Assembly: GCF_009914755.1 (NCBI RefSeq)
Contig: NC_060933.1
From: the human T2T-CHM13v2.0 reference genome, Homo sapiens
Length of the DNA: 64,000 nt
Strand: one strand, 5' to 3'
A program made the position numbers and the translations under genes. Positions 25,801 through 39,875 of the stretch are shown in pieces. The notes under the pieces are model-generated. The model ran no database searches, was not told the DNA's origin, and worked only from the letters and a program-made list of their open reading frames with translations. Position 1 is the stretch's first letter, and each line of letters starts with the position of its first letter.

Positions 25801-28039
25801 CTTGGGAGCCATCAGGTTGGAACTCATCCAGCTGTGTCTGGTCTCGGTAACTCTTGGCCTTCAGTTCAGAGTGGTGCAGAGGTGAGCTGCCTACACTCTC
25901 CTGCCACATCATGGGCTCCTCCATGACCTGAGTCATCAAAGTAGAGTCATACCTGCTTCCTTGTCCTGTATTTGGTGCCCCGCAGGTAGCTGTCATGAAG
26001 TTCATCCTCTCCTGCCCCTCTTCTAGATCTGCTCAGTAGAATGGTTTGAGGGCTGGGTGGAGGTAGGTAACCAGGTCAGGCTCACATGCTGCCTCGCCTT
26101 GCCCTGCCAGTCCAATCGTCTCTTAAATCTAGTAGTGCTTTATCTTTCCTATTGTGATTATGGCTGTAAAGCTTTTGTTATAGCTGTTTTTTATACCAAA
26201 TTAAGTTCCTTAAATACAAGGATTGTATATCTTTTTCATTTTTTCATCTGCCTTTGCATTTTGCAAAATGATCTTACATAGAAGATATTTAGTAAGTATT
26301 GAAATGGGTGAAAGAATGAATTAATACATTATACGCATTAAGGGAACATTCATATGGTTAATGGCTGTTTATGTGTTCAGTCAGTGTTCTGCTACTTGGC
26401 TTAAAAGGTGCTTCCGCAAGGATTCTTACTTGATCTTCCTTGTAATGTATCTGTTGATCCAAAATAAAACAAAGTATGACTGTGCTGTTGGTGTAGTACT
26501 TTTCACAAATCATTTGTTAATTTGTCTGTTTGTGTCTGAAATGCCTTGGCCTTTCCAGTTCTAGAATTCTTTTGTGATTTTTATTTAACATTTTATCAGT
26601 GCCAACAGTGACTCATTAGCCTTATTTTGAATACATGTAACCTTATATCTGATCCCTGGCCACCTCTGTCCATTTTTTTTAGCTCTGTCTCTTGACCTAG
26701 CTGAGCTCATCCCACTGGCCTTTCCCTGCTACTTGACTTTTCTTAGCTTTCTCACCTTTTGCAGGGTGAATCTCACCAAACAAAAAGCCATGAGATAAAT
26801 GGCTTCTGATACCTTATTTATGATAAGGATTTAATTCAACACACTTGGCATTATGAGCCATTTATTTTAATGCTCTGAACTTGGAGTGCATAAGAAATAA
26901 CTTTTGGGGAAGAGAGACAGAGGACTTATCATGTTATGACCAGTTGCCCAAGTAAACAGGATTTGTTTTATCGTATCACTCATATGTGGGTGAGGCTGCA
27001 TATTAATTGCTGCCTCTCACAAAACAGCCCAAACCCTGTGGTGTCAGTGCACTGGGGACTTTGCTTTTCAGTGTCCTCCATTTCCTTCCCTCCCCAGCCA
27101 CTCTTTAGCTGACTAGATAAATTGATTTCTCTTTATTAATCTACTCTCTCTTCTCCTTCTGAATCTCACTCTCAAATGGCAGTTGTTCCATTCTGCATTT
27201 TATTGTGGCTAGACTATCCTCTTTACTGTAGAACTCAGACTTCCCCCAGTGCTAGCCAGTATTGACACATGAGTGATTGACTTAATGAATAATAATGAGC
27301 AGAACATAAATCTTACAGGTAGGGTTAAAAAATCAAAGGATTCTATTACGAACCCTGTATTTAAGGACTTGGAGCAAACTGAAGGTTTTAGCCTCGATCC
27401 TCTGACTTGCCTGCAGCAATAGTGATGTCCGTTGAGCCAAACATTGTTCCCTGTTTGAGCTGGGAGTGTTAACTTGCTGTGTGGTGCTTAGAAAAAGTGT
27501 CCTTAGGGGGCAAAAGGAGAAAGAAATTAGCTAATGTATCATTATCATTAGCCTGTGACTTAATCAGGAAACAACAATTAAAAAGCATTCACACCTATTT
27601 TGGAATACCTGCCTGTTTGTGGAAGAAAAAAGCATCATAAAACTAGCAAAACAAAACAATAAAAAATCAGAAATCATATTAACAGGAAAAAGGGGGAAGG
27701 AGATGTGCTTTGAACCTCCAGCTCCTTCACAGTTCATCATTTCTTGATGCCCTTTGCCAGGCTGGATGCTCAAGGAAATCTAATGATATACAAAGCCTCA
27801 TTGCCAGATACTTCATTACTTCCTCAATCCATTAGTAGCCTTAATGGCCTATGCCACTGGAATAAGTATGGAAATCCAGTCCCCCAAGAAAGTACAGTGC
27901 TCTATAAATCACACCTGCCTGAGGATTCTCTCAGCCCTTGACACTGAAGAATAGGTGAAAAAAAATCATTGCACTTCCTTAACTCCCTTGTACTAGAAGC
28001 TGTCGGCATGAGTGACACCTTTTCACTTTTTAACCCTGT

Positions 28040-28130
28040 AGCCTCTTGGTTCTCAAAGTGTGAGCTGTGGATCAACAGTATCAGTATCACTGGGAACTTG
28101 TTAGAAATGCAAATTCAGTGGCCCCGCCAA
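28040..28130. mobile_element. MER5A fragment
   Basis: tggttctcaaagtgtg...cagtatcactgggaacttgttagaaatgcaaattc. Confidence 0.8.
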
Positions 28131-28536
28131 GATGTGCTGGAATCCTGGGGCGGAAGAGAGCCACTTCTGTTCTTGTCATCAGCCTTGCCAGAACTGTCCT
28201 GTCAGAGATACCCACTAACAGCTTTTGGCTGGGTGATCAGCTCCCTGGAGTCCAGTGCTCTCTAACCTTCTTTCATTCCCCTCCCTGCAGAACATACACT
28301 TTTCAATTTTCAATTTTTTCAATTTTATTTTTTAATTTAATTTAATTTTTTATTTTTTAATATATATTTTTATACAGAAACTCCATTTATCTTGAGGAGT
28401 TTGGGGGTTGATTCAAGGTTTTTTCTACTTCCCTCTCTAGCCTTGACTCTCAGATGAGACAGGAGCTCTGCCCTGGCATATTATTTACTTTAATTTTCTA
28501 GTAATTCTCATGGCTTTATTCTGAAGGCAAAATCAA

Positions 28537-28670
28537 GGCCGGTTGTGGCGTGATGGCTCATGCCTGTAATCCCAACACTTTGGAAGGCCAAAGCAGGCAA
28601 ATTGCTTGAGCTCAGGATTTTGAGCCTAGGCAGCATGGCAAAACCCTGTCTCTAATATAAAATTTACAAA
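28537..28670 (+). mobile_element. Alu left monomer/FLAM
   Basis: tggctcatgcctgtaatcccaacactttgg...aaaccctgtctct with no right arm. Confidence 0.88.
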
Positions 28671-28737
28671 GAATTGTCAGTGTCTCAGTAGGTTAGGGAT
28701 ACAGAAAACATTAACTAGCCTACCTAACCTACAGTAG

Positions 28738-29076
<339 letters not shown>

Positions 29077-29184
29077 TAGAAACATCATGTTAAAAACATT
29101 CTGAGTGGCACTGTTTTTAAAATAATTACCTCATGTTGACCCAGGGTTTCTGCTGCTTTTAATTATGGATTCTTCCTTTTTTTC

Positions 29185-29218
<34 letters not shown>

Positions 29219-32112
29219 ATTGTGGATACTTGGTTTGGGGTGGCTCTGAGGCTTTGGGGCTGAGAATTATTCTTACTCCTTTGGTATCCTTTGCCTAAAG
29301 GATATTCTTTGCCAAACACTTATTTTGCATTAGTTCTTATCTACTTTGGTTTCTCTGTTCGTTTAGTTCCACCTGTTTCCCATGGTCTAGGAATTCCATA
29401 CATGTTCTGGTCCTCTGATGGCACTGTCTCTTGTTTGTCATTGCTGTTTTGGCTTCATCCTTTTTCCTATATAGTTACTTAGGGGTTGGGCCTGGATAGA
29501 TGGTAGCAGGGATTGATCTTGATCCAGTTCGTCTTTGCTTTTCTTAAAGCTTTCTTCCCTCTGTTGTCCCCAGGCATGATTCATTAATTGTAGCATGCCT
29601 ATTCATGTTATTCTAGTGCCAGGTAGCATTTCGTTCACTTCTTTCATAGCATGTATTTCGTTGTAACATTCTTAAGTGCACATAGATGTCTTTAACCTAC
29701 TAGATTCCATTCTGTAGCCCAGGTATCTTTAGGCATCAAATTCCAGAGATTTTTCTGCCAGGGAGGAAAAAAAACCATTTTAGCAACAAACAAATGAAAA
29801 TGGGGGTCTGAAATACTGCGTTAACTGTCTTACAGGATGCATTCGCAATGGCTCCCCTCATAGGTTTTATGGGGTTCTCTGTCTCTGCAAGAACCTGTGT
29901 GATGTTTAAGTGTTCTCAACTCTGAATAAACATCTTGCAAAGCATTGAGTTATAATAGTTTACTGTTAGGTTTACTTCCTAAGGAAACTGTGATTCTGTC
30001 CTTAGAAGTCCCCACTTCTGGTCCTCCTGGAATAGGGCAAGTCCCTCCTTAGGTTCCAAAGATTGAATCCTCTCTGGGCTTGAGTGTATTCTGTCTTCTT
30101 ACGCCTTTTTAGTGAGTCTCAGTTTAATGAAGTTAATGGTGATGGAGGTTGGGAGATACCAATGCTTTAATTAGCTAAGTCACAACACTGTCCTACTCTT
30201 AAAAGATCTTAAGAAAATAAGACATAATTTCACCTTTCATATACCTGTCAATATCTTAACTTATTCAAACACTGACCTCTATGTTGTATAATTAGATTCT
30301 TGAAAGATTGAAAATGCCCGGGGCTCCTGATAGGAGTTTTTGCTTTTGTATCTGCCATCACATTTCAAATAATTGGAACTGACAAAAAGATACCAAAATA
30401 CTAAAAATTACAAAAAATGTAATGAAACTGATAGCATGGATTGTCAAAGAGATACCAAGACAGAATATTAAATAATGCTCTTAGGCAGATTATGATGTCT
30501 TTTTAGTTTTATGGTTCTGTGTATTTGTGTGTGTATATATGTGTGTGATTTTTTAATCAGTTAAGCCACATCCTCAACCTCCACTTAAAAATGCTTAATT
30601 GTACATTGAATCTAGATGTATAAGGAAATCACATAAGTACCTAATGTATAGGGTCCTTATGGGGACTAGTGAGAAGTAACACTTAGACCATGAAGGGCCT
30701 TTTACAAACTTGGCTCTTGCACCTCATGGTTTTCCCTTTTTTTTTTTTTTTTTTTTTTTTTGGAGTGACTTGGAGATAAAGAGAAACCTTTAATTATATG
30801 AAGGATATTAAGTACGGTGGTGGTGACATGAGATTCGTGTTGTAAAGAATCACTCGGGCAGCTTTGGGGAAGACAAATGGAGATAGAATGAAATAAAGGA
30901 TGGAGATACACATTGGGAATCCATTATGATGCTGGGCAAGACACCGTGGGCGGAGGCAGTGGCAGTTGGTATAGATGGTAGGCAGAGATCAGAGTAAGAC
31001 TGAGGGACAGAATCTAAAAGATTAAGTCACCGATCAGATGTGAGGACACGAAGAGTTAGAAGTTAAATGCACATTGATTCTTGCACGTCTCTGATAAAAT
31101 ATTAGTCTTCAAAAGGGCTTGAGTTTAAGTACCTTTATTGTCCCAGAAAAGAAAATCTACCTATAAAAGAAGAGCACCAACATTTGATCAGATTTCAGAT
31201 CCTTTTTACTCTTCAGAATGAAAATTTGAGCTTTTGATCATTGTTTCTTCTGCTTTCCAGACCTAACCCTATGTTTTTCCACAACCATTTTTTCCTAACC
31301 CTCAAGTATTAGTTCACAACTTACATTTAGTGAAGTTGTTTTTCTCTATCTCTCATAACAAATGTACTGATAATGTTTAGGGCTAATTGTATGCAATTTA
31401 CTTTTCGAATTGTGGTAATCATTATTGCTGTTTTTATTTTCATCTTCTCTTCCCCAGGCATCATCAGCTATAGATAGTCAACCAAATTATGCCCTTTGGG
31501 GTGATTTTCAATTTTCTCACTTTGGGAGGCATATTTTTTTTGTCAGTCATGAAGGGTTCAGATTTGGATTATTAAACGCTAGTTTCCACATTGGACCATT
31601 TAACACTTTACATTTCCTTGTCTTTGGAAAACTTAACTTGCCCCTATGCTGTTTGGGTGTTTTTGAAGACCACATCTAATTTAGGAAAGAATGACCTGTC
31701 CTCCAAACCCATATTCTACTTCTTGATGCACAGAAAGACCTGTCATGCAGGAGGGCAAAACAGAAGTAGCTTCAACATTCATGGATTATTTATAGGAGCA
31801 CCTCTGGGGTCTTTTCCCGAGCTCTGTGCCTGCAGGAGTATGTGCGAAAGTGTTTGGCTTTCCTTGCTACAAGAAATAGTTAAACATATGTCTGGCAGTC
31901 TGTGACCGTAGCAGTGTGTTTCCTTTAAAGAAAGTAGATTACATTGCCACAGATGCTGTCACCACTAGGGCCCCTGGAGGGGTCAGGACTTGTTGATGTA
32001 ATCAGTTGTTTTTTTTTTTTTTTCTTCTCTAGTAGCTATTGTTCTGTAAATTGTGGGAACTGACTGGGTTACAGAATGTGAATTGATGTTCTTCTCTGTT
32101 TTAACCTTCCAG

Positions 32113-32298
32113 AAATGCATCTTCTGCAGACACCGGGTTAAGAGGGTCTCTGGAGCCTGCATCCAGTGTTCCTACGGTCGCTGCCCGGCCTCCTTCCATG
32201 TCACTTGTGCCCATGCTGCTGGGGTACTGATGGAGCCTGATGATTGGCCTTATGTGGTGAACATTACATGCTTTCGACATAAGGTCAACCCCAACGTG
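32113..32298 (+). CDS. KDM4C: KDM4C internal coding exon (186 nt, phase 0/0) encoding the second PHD finger of the PZP module
   Basis: Acceptor ttttaaccttccag ends at 32112, donor GTG|gtaaga starts at 32299. Translation [62 protein letters not shown] has the CxxC...CxxC...HxxC...CxxH pattern of KDM4-family PHD2 and matches my recall of KDM4C. Confidence 0.97.
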
Positions 32299-32414
32299 GT
32301 AAGATGTGCCCTCCCTTCCTCAGTGCTAAGACCGTGTCTGGATTTTCTCCTGTTTTAGACTACCTCCCAGACATAATGTGCTTTATTCTGTAATATGACT
32401 CATTGTTGACATGT

Positions 32415-32540
32415 CTAGACCGTGAGTTCCTTGAGGGCAGGGATTGCGCACTGTTATTTCCTGGTATTTGCCTAGGACCTGTCAAGTGCCTGGTGCACGC
32501 TAGGCACAATAAATCTGTCTGAGTTGAATGAGTGAATGAA
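32415..32540 (+). mobile_element. L2 3' end carrying AATAAA at 32508-32513
   Basis: gtgagttccttgagggcaggga...gtgcctgg...caataaat...gttgaatgagtgaatgaa is the classic L2 terminus. Confidence 0.8.
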
Positions 32541-33689
32541 CAGATGCATGCAGAAAACTCTCCATGCCTGTTCTGGTGTTGGATCTGTACACAGGGCTGC
32601 TGAGCTTGGTTGTACACATTGTGCACTGCACATATCCAGGATGAGAGTGAGACCATTTCTGCGAGGGGATCACCACCTGAGATTATGTAGTGAACAGTCT
32701 ATGAAACTGTACACTGTGGTCTTGGGCTGTTATTTTATCTGCTTTAGAAGAAACAAAGAGCAGCAGCACAGTAAAGGAAGAGGTAGGATGGCCAGGAGCT
32801 TTTGGGACTTTGCTGCCTAAAATGGCATATGTGAGGGACAGCCTGGGGCCCTGGAAGGAGTGAGGATAATCTCATAGAAAAAAATAGAAAAGTAGAGGAG
32901 AAATATAGAGAACAATTTTTTTGAGCTTATTTCTGGGAAAAGTGTTTGCAACCAAATAATATGAATTTAGCCATATTTCTGTTGACCTGTCCTTGTCAAA
33001 TGAAATCTTTCCTGTGTTTTAAATGCTTAGAGTATTATGACAGTGTAGAGATAGTTGATATGTCTTTGTTAGCTTTCCAGTTCACCATGATTGTTTCTGG
33101 CTACCAAATAGGAGGCTAAAGCATTGTCTAGATGCTCAGCTCTGCTAACTTGCCGCACTTTGTTTTCCCTGAGAGACTTGGCCACAGGCTATTAGCAGCC
33201 TAACATGCTTCTCCTATGTCCCTAATAACCTCTTGTGAGCAGCCTGCCAAGTCGTCAGCATTGGCTTGTGGAGTCACACACAGCAAATCTCCCAGCTCTT
33301 TGTAATGCTTTCAGCAATTTCCATTGACATCTTGAGAGATATTTGATGTTTGTGGGCTGGGGATCTGTGCAGATGTGAGTGAATGCTTAAATGTACAAAA
33401 TGATGTCACCAACTGTCACATCTATTTTATTTGTCTTATTTTTTCATTGTTTCAGGTTCCAAGTTGCATATTCATTCATGCCTTTTCCATAGTTTCTTGA
33501 GTTGATGTCCTTTTGCTAAGAATAGTATTATGTATCCAGTAGAAAATACATTTTAGCAACTTTTAAAAATACCTAGTAATAACACCTTACATGACTGTGG
33601 TGCCTTGCCCTTAACAGTGTGCAGTCAATAGGATTACCTCATTAGAGGATGTATATGAATGCGTTTTGAGATGTGAACAAGGTCGTGAC

Positions 33690-34040
33690 CTCTGAAGTCA
33701 GAGTAGTTGGTGTTCACACTTAGATTCTGCCAGTAACAGATTGTGCAACCCTGTGCAAGTTCTTATTTCTGAGCCTCAGCTTCCTCATCTATAAAACATG
33801 GTATCCCACCTCACCATGTTGTTTTCAGTTCACAGCACAGAGTAAGCACTCAAAAAATGAAAGTTGTATTGCTACTACTACTTCTGCTGCTGCTGCTGGT
33901 GCTACAATCTTATGTGAACTGGGCCACGTGAGTAGTGTTTTTCCTGTTTCGAGGATAAGAAACCTAAGTTCAGAGAGGTTTAATTCCTTGCCCAAATAGA
34001 TGCAGATAATGAGTGGCAGGTGCTGGAATGTAAATGCCTT
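33690..34040. mobile_element. Two MIR fragments in opposite orientation
   Basis: ctgagcctcagcttcctcatctataaaa, then gataagaaacctaagttcagagaggtt...cttgcccaa. Confidence 0.65.
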
Positions 34041-35099
34041 TTTAGCTCATACTCTATTATTTGGTGAATTCCAAACCCCAAACCTCAAATGGTGCTAGAG
34101 GTGTTCATCTGAAGCTTTGCTTGGGATCATACATTACCGTTTTAATATTCCAAAGCCCTGTGGTTACTGATGACTATATTGAAGTTGCTATTAAAGAGAT
34201 CCAGGTGTTTAATCAGGACCTCATTCCTCTTAACTCTCATGTGTGGTTCAGTCAAGTTTAGGTTACTAATGTGTTTCCTAAATGATGATGAAAAAGAAAA
34301 TAGATGACTTTGAGGTGATTTAGAAACTACTGTCTCCTACAGATCCACTTTCAGCTTGGTATACTTTGTAAAGACTGGGGAAAAGATCATATAATTTACA
34401 ACATCACGTGAGGCAGCTTTTCCTGATGAGGGAACAATTTTAGTGTTCTTAAATTGCCTTTGCTACATTTTCTAGGTGGAAGCACTGTTAGCACTGTATT
34501 TCCCAAGTATATTTCTAGTAGCTGTTACTTATCCATTCTTCTTCCATTCGACTCCAAGTACGGATTCCTCCCCAAAGTGTTTGGGAACTAACCAGTAGGA
34601 ATTTATAGAATCTGGCAACTTTGGTTAAGAACATTGTGATTTGCCCCTATTGCTTTAAATGTTCTTTCCTTATCAAGCATAGAAAAGTTCAGATTCAATC
34701 AAATATTTCTCTTTGTGTAAACTATCAATGCTAAGAGGTATGCTTCTTAGAGCAGAAACTGTAGTTTGTCTGTGTTCTCAACCATGCATTGATTATTTGA
34801 AAGTAATAGGCAATTGCCGAATCATAGCAGTGAAAACTGTAAAATAAAGTTCAGGCTAACTTGGCAGCCTGGCCCAGTTGTTTTACAGAATAATGGAGGA
34901 TGCCTGTATGATTTAGGTGAAATGAAGTATAAACCTACTGTTGCTTCAATAGAGTCTCCATTTTTACTCACTTTAGGGTTTTTGATTCCCTTATTTTTTT
35001 ATTTCTCCCAATTATTTGCTATAAAGCATCCAAAAGGACCATTTTAAGGAAAATTCAACTATTCCATTAGTGTCATAAATTATTATTTTGTAATTAATA

Positions 35100-35220
35100 T
35101 ATTTTTAAAATAGTTCTCATTATGTTGTACAGGCTGGTCTCAAACTCTTGAGCTCAAGAGATCCTTTAGCCTCAGCCTCCCAAAGTGCCGGAGTTGTAGG
35201 TGTGATCCACCGTGCCCAGC
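35100..35220 (-). mobile_element. Alu left monomer/FLAM
   Basis: tatgttgtacaggctggtctcaaactcttgagctcaag...ccaccgtgcccagc. Confidence 0.88.
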
Positions 35221-36274
35221 TAATTATTTTAAATATATGAGCTTATTCATTGTTTGTTGAGCTTTGGATGTAAAATTATTTTGAATAATTGTATAAAATT
35301 CATCTGATTTGTTAATACATTATTCCATCAAGCAGTAAGCAGAGTTTATAATTAGAATAGGCAGTGCTTGAAAAAAATAGGGTAAAACTTCCTAAAGATG
35401 GAAAAAAGTGTGTCACAGGAAGTACACAGCTGATCCCTGTTATTTCAACCTAAATTTTTAGCATGTGTTTGCCAGCGTTTTTGTTGAACACCTTTGTTGA
35501 ATGTTACTGCTGTGTTTCAGATGTAAGGTCTCCTTCATGTGTGCACATGAGTGTGTGCTCATCTGTCGGTGTGTGTAGTCATGCTGTCCGCTTCACCACC
35601 CTGTGCCATGATTCATTATAACCTAGTTTCTGGCTGTATTTCCAAAGGTTCCACTTGGATATATTCCTAACCCAGTTATCTGAATGTTGCACAGATGTTT
35701 GTAAGGAAAAGACAACACAATAAATAGTAGTTATGAAACTGGAAGTCTTGGAAATGTATTTTTTCTTCAAACAAATAGTCAGCTACCTATACACTATATA
35801 CTTCTGCAAAATATAGCACCACAGGGCCATCTCACACTTGAGTAAACTAGACAGATGCCCTGTGGAAGGGATGCCTGAATAACAGAGGTGAGAAAATGGC
35901 ATGCAATGTTTTTTCCTGGCAAGTTACTTAGTAAACTTTCATATTAGGTTAGAATAATCTGCATATTTAGTGTAGCAGCACCAGAATCACTTGCACTTTG
36001 TTAATTCACTGCAATGAACATGGCCTCTTTATACATCTTATATGAGGTACATAGTGTTTTTTCTTAATATTCTTTCCTCTAGAAAAGTGTGACATTTAAG
36101 TTGTATTCATAGCTTTAGAAACCTTAGAAGTCGTGGCTGTTAACATGGAGACAGATACCTATTTAAAAGAGAGGAAGAACTTTTATAGAGAAAACACTGT
36201 ATTGGTTAATTTATGTGATTTTGTGTATTTTTCCTTTAGTATTATTGTAGCTAGGTCATAAGGACAGAAGGTAT

Positions 36275-36299
36275 TTGTTGTTGTTGTTGTTGTTGTTGT
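36275..36299. repeat. (TTG)8 microsatellite
   Basis: Read directly. Confidence 0.9.
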
Positions 36300-36451
36300 C
36301 TTTTTATTTCTATCAACTAGCACTTGGCTATCCATAGGAGCAGCTTGGTATAAATTTGTTAAAATAATTATCCGATGCTAGGGAGTGGGATTAGTGGAGA
36401 AGAACGAGAACTTGTATTTATTGAGCATCTTTTATGTCAAGTGTGTGTTAG

Positions 36452-36991
<540 letters not shown>

Positions 36992-38233
36992 TAGGCCAGC
37001 TCCCAGGCCAGTTTTATTGCAACTCCTTCCTGTCCTCATGAGGCAGGGGCTTAGGACAGGAGAGGACACCACAATACACAGAATCTGGTGAAGGGCTCAA
37101 AGCAAGGGCTCTGTGGGTTAACCTATGACTATATAACTAATCTTGGGGTGATGATGGAATGGGCTACCTCTCATTGCTAACAACAGTGAAACATTCTAGG
37201 CCTCAACAATGTGGAAAGATGGATGTTTGAGGCTCCCAAATTCTATACCCTAGAATAGTAGTTCTTATCCTGTATTGTATTGTATAGCATATTATTCTTT
37301 TAGTGTCTGTTATTGAGAAAATACTTAATGAAAAAAATAAGAATCAGTACACTTTTATGTGAATTTATTAATTGTAAAAGGGCAGGCAGTATTTCAGGTT
37401 GATTATGGATTGACAGGGAGAGACTCCAAAACATTCACTCCCACTGTAACATTCTCTTTTAATTAGCCAAGGATGCAGAATTGTAGTAGAAGTGGATTTG
37501 GTAAATAGGGTAGAAGTGAATGCAGCCTATCATAACAAAACTTCCCCCTGGGTCCTGTTTCCCTAATGGGCATATGCAGTGGTATGTGTGTAGGCTGTTG
37601 CCAGATCTGAAACTAAAGATATATTTTTGCTGTACCACAGGATTTTATACTTGGGTCTCATTCAGGAAAACTGATTATCCATGCTTCTCATTTTAATAAA
37701 ATTTTTATAAACATGAAGATGCCCTAGTTCTTAAACCAAAATCAAGGTCAACAGTACTATATAATCAACTAGGGGAAAAAAGTAGTTCTGTTCCCAGATG
37801 GGGACCTGAACAATATCTCTCTCCAACTTTCTAGAATTTTTAGAAAGCCTGTTTCCTCCAGAGCCTACCCCTGATTCTGGTTTATACATTTCAATCCAAT
37901 TCGTTCCAACAGGATTTTTATTTGGAAGGCCAGAATTACATTTCACCATATACGCATTTCACTATATTGTTGTGCCCCTTGGATGTAAGACGGGTGGTCA
38001 GATGATTGTGTTTTTGTAATTAAGCAGCATTCAGCTAATTTATATCAGTGGGTAGGACTTCGCTTAGCTTACTTTATATTACTTGACTCTTTTAAACATC
38101 ATCATGGTTTGTAGCTTTTTATGAGCCCATTGCGTACCAGTTGACCAAAATTTTCTTCTTGATGTTCTTGCTCCCCTTGGACCTTTTGGAGCCTCTTCTA
38201 GGTGACTGCTTTATTTCTAATTTTAAACCACTT

Positions 38234-38538
38234 TTAAATGGTTTGGCTGTGTCCCCACCCAAAATCTCATCTTGAATTATAACCCCCATGTGTCAAGGGC
38301 AGTCCAGGTAGAGGTAATTGGATCATGGTGGCAGTTTGTCTCACAAGATCTGATGGCTTTATAAAGGGCTTTCCCCTTCACTCAGCACTCATTCTCTCTC
38401 CTGCTGTCCTGTGAGGAGGTGCCTTCTGCCTGAGGCCTCCCCAGCCATGTGGAACTATGAGGCAATTAAACCTCTTTCCTTTGTAAATTACCTAGTCTCA
38501 GGCGGTTCTTTATAGCAGCATGAGAATGGACTAATCCA
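38234..38538 (+). mobile_element. THE1 solo LTR with internal deletion
   Basis: atggtttggctgtgtccccacccaaaatctcatcttgaatt...gagaatggactaatcca; 5-nt TSD cactt at 38229-38233 and 38539-38543. Confidence 0.9.
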
Positions 38539-39662
38539 CACTTCTAGACATCTTTGAAACTATCTTTGTTTTTTTCGCAGTGGGAAATGCCAAAGTTATC
38601 TTGGTTTCTATTGTACCAAACTGGGAATCAGTGATTCATCAAAGAGCCCTGGTTCTTTTTTATGGGAGCTCTACTAGAGACCAAATTTGCCATGAAAGGT
38701 GCACATTACCATGTTTTGTTTCATTTGAGTGCTGGCTAATTTAGGACTAGAGCCACTTTAGTGACAGAGCAGATAAATAGCATTTTTTTTCAAATGGTTC
38801 AGGGTTCATGTTGATATATCCAATTCTCCTGGCTTTAATAAATTTATTTTTATATTGTTCTAACTTGAGGGCTTATTAATGCAATTTCTCCTTTCCTAAG
38901 TGATGCCTAAAGATTTGGACCTGTTTTTCTAAAATTCTCTTAACTCTTCCTAGGTTTGTATGGTTTAGTGGGTGGGAATGAGGTATGGGTTGGGCCTACC
39001 ACCTCCTCATCCTCTACGTGCTCGGATCCACAGCCTGATTATGGTGCACATACTCTTCCACAGGGGGCCTCTGCCTTTCTGGTCTCTTTCTTTAAGAGCA
39101 AAGTTTACAGTTCCTTTGAAGACAGTTTCCAGCATTCGAAAATATTTTAAACCTATTGAAGAAGGGATGAAAGTGGGGTAGAAATCTCAGAAACTGACTT
39201 CATCCCAAGATTTTTAAACCGACCTGAAACCAAGGAAAATACAGCCACTTTTCTAAGACTTGCAGTATTGGAGAGAAACTGATAACTAATATGGCAACTA
39301 TACTGCTTGCTTTCCCTTTCTTATCCCAGCACTTGTTTAGCCAGATCATCAAAAATATGGCTTAGCACAAAAGTTAGTTATGGAGAACTTTAGACTGCCT
39401 TAAAACTGTTCAGTTCAATATATGTAGGGACCATGAAGCATCCTGGAAGTAAACGTAACCTTTTTTCTTTAAACTTCTCCATCCGACTTCATTCTTGCTG
39501 ACCAGACCTCATTCACACAAGTGTGTCAAGCAAACATTTTTGTTTTTTTTTTGATGAGACAGTGGTGGGAAACATTTATTTAATACAATGTGATAAGCTG
39601 CGTTCTAAAGGCTTTTCAGATATTAACTTATTTAATCTTCAGTGTCCCATTCATGGTAGGTA

Positions 39663-39875
39663 TAGGTTGAGCATCCAAATCCAAAATGCTCCAAAATCTG
39701 AAACTTTTTGAGTACCAACATGACACACAAAGGAAATGCTCATTTAAGCATTTCAGAATTCACAATTTAAGATTTGGGAAACTAAATCAGTGAGTATAAT
39801 GCAGACACTCTGAAATTCGAAAAATTCTGAAATAATTCTGCTCCCAAGCATTTTGGATGAGAGATGTGCAACCTG
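39663..39875. mobile_element. Tigger4a/MER46 MITE, opposite orientation to the copy at 11580
   Basis: TIRs aggttgagcatc and gatgtgcaacctg with TA on both sides. Confidence 0.85.

Noticed and set aside
32053-32358. 101-aa ORF as a standalone gene
   Set aside because: It is the KDM4C exon plus intronic flanks, bounded internally by canonical splice sites.
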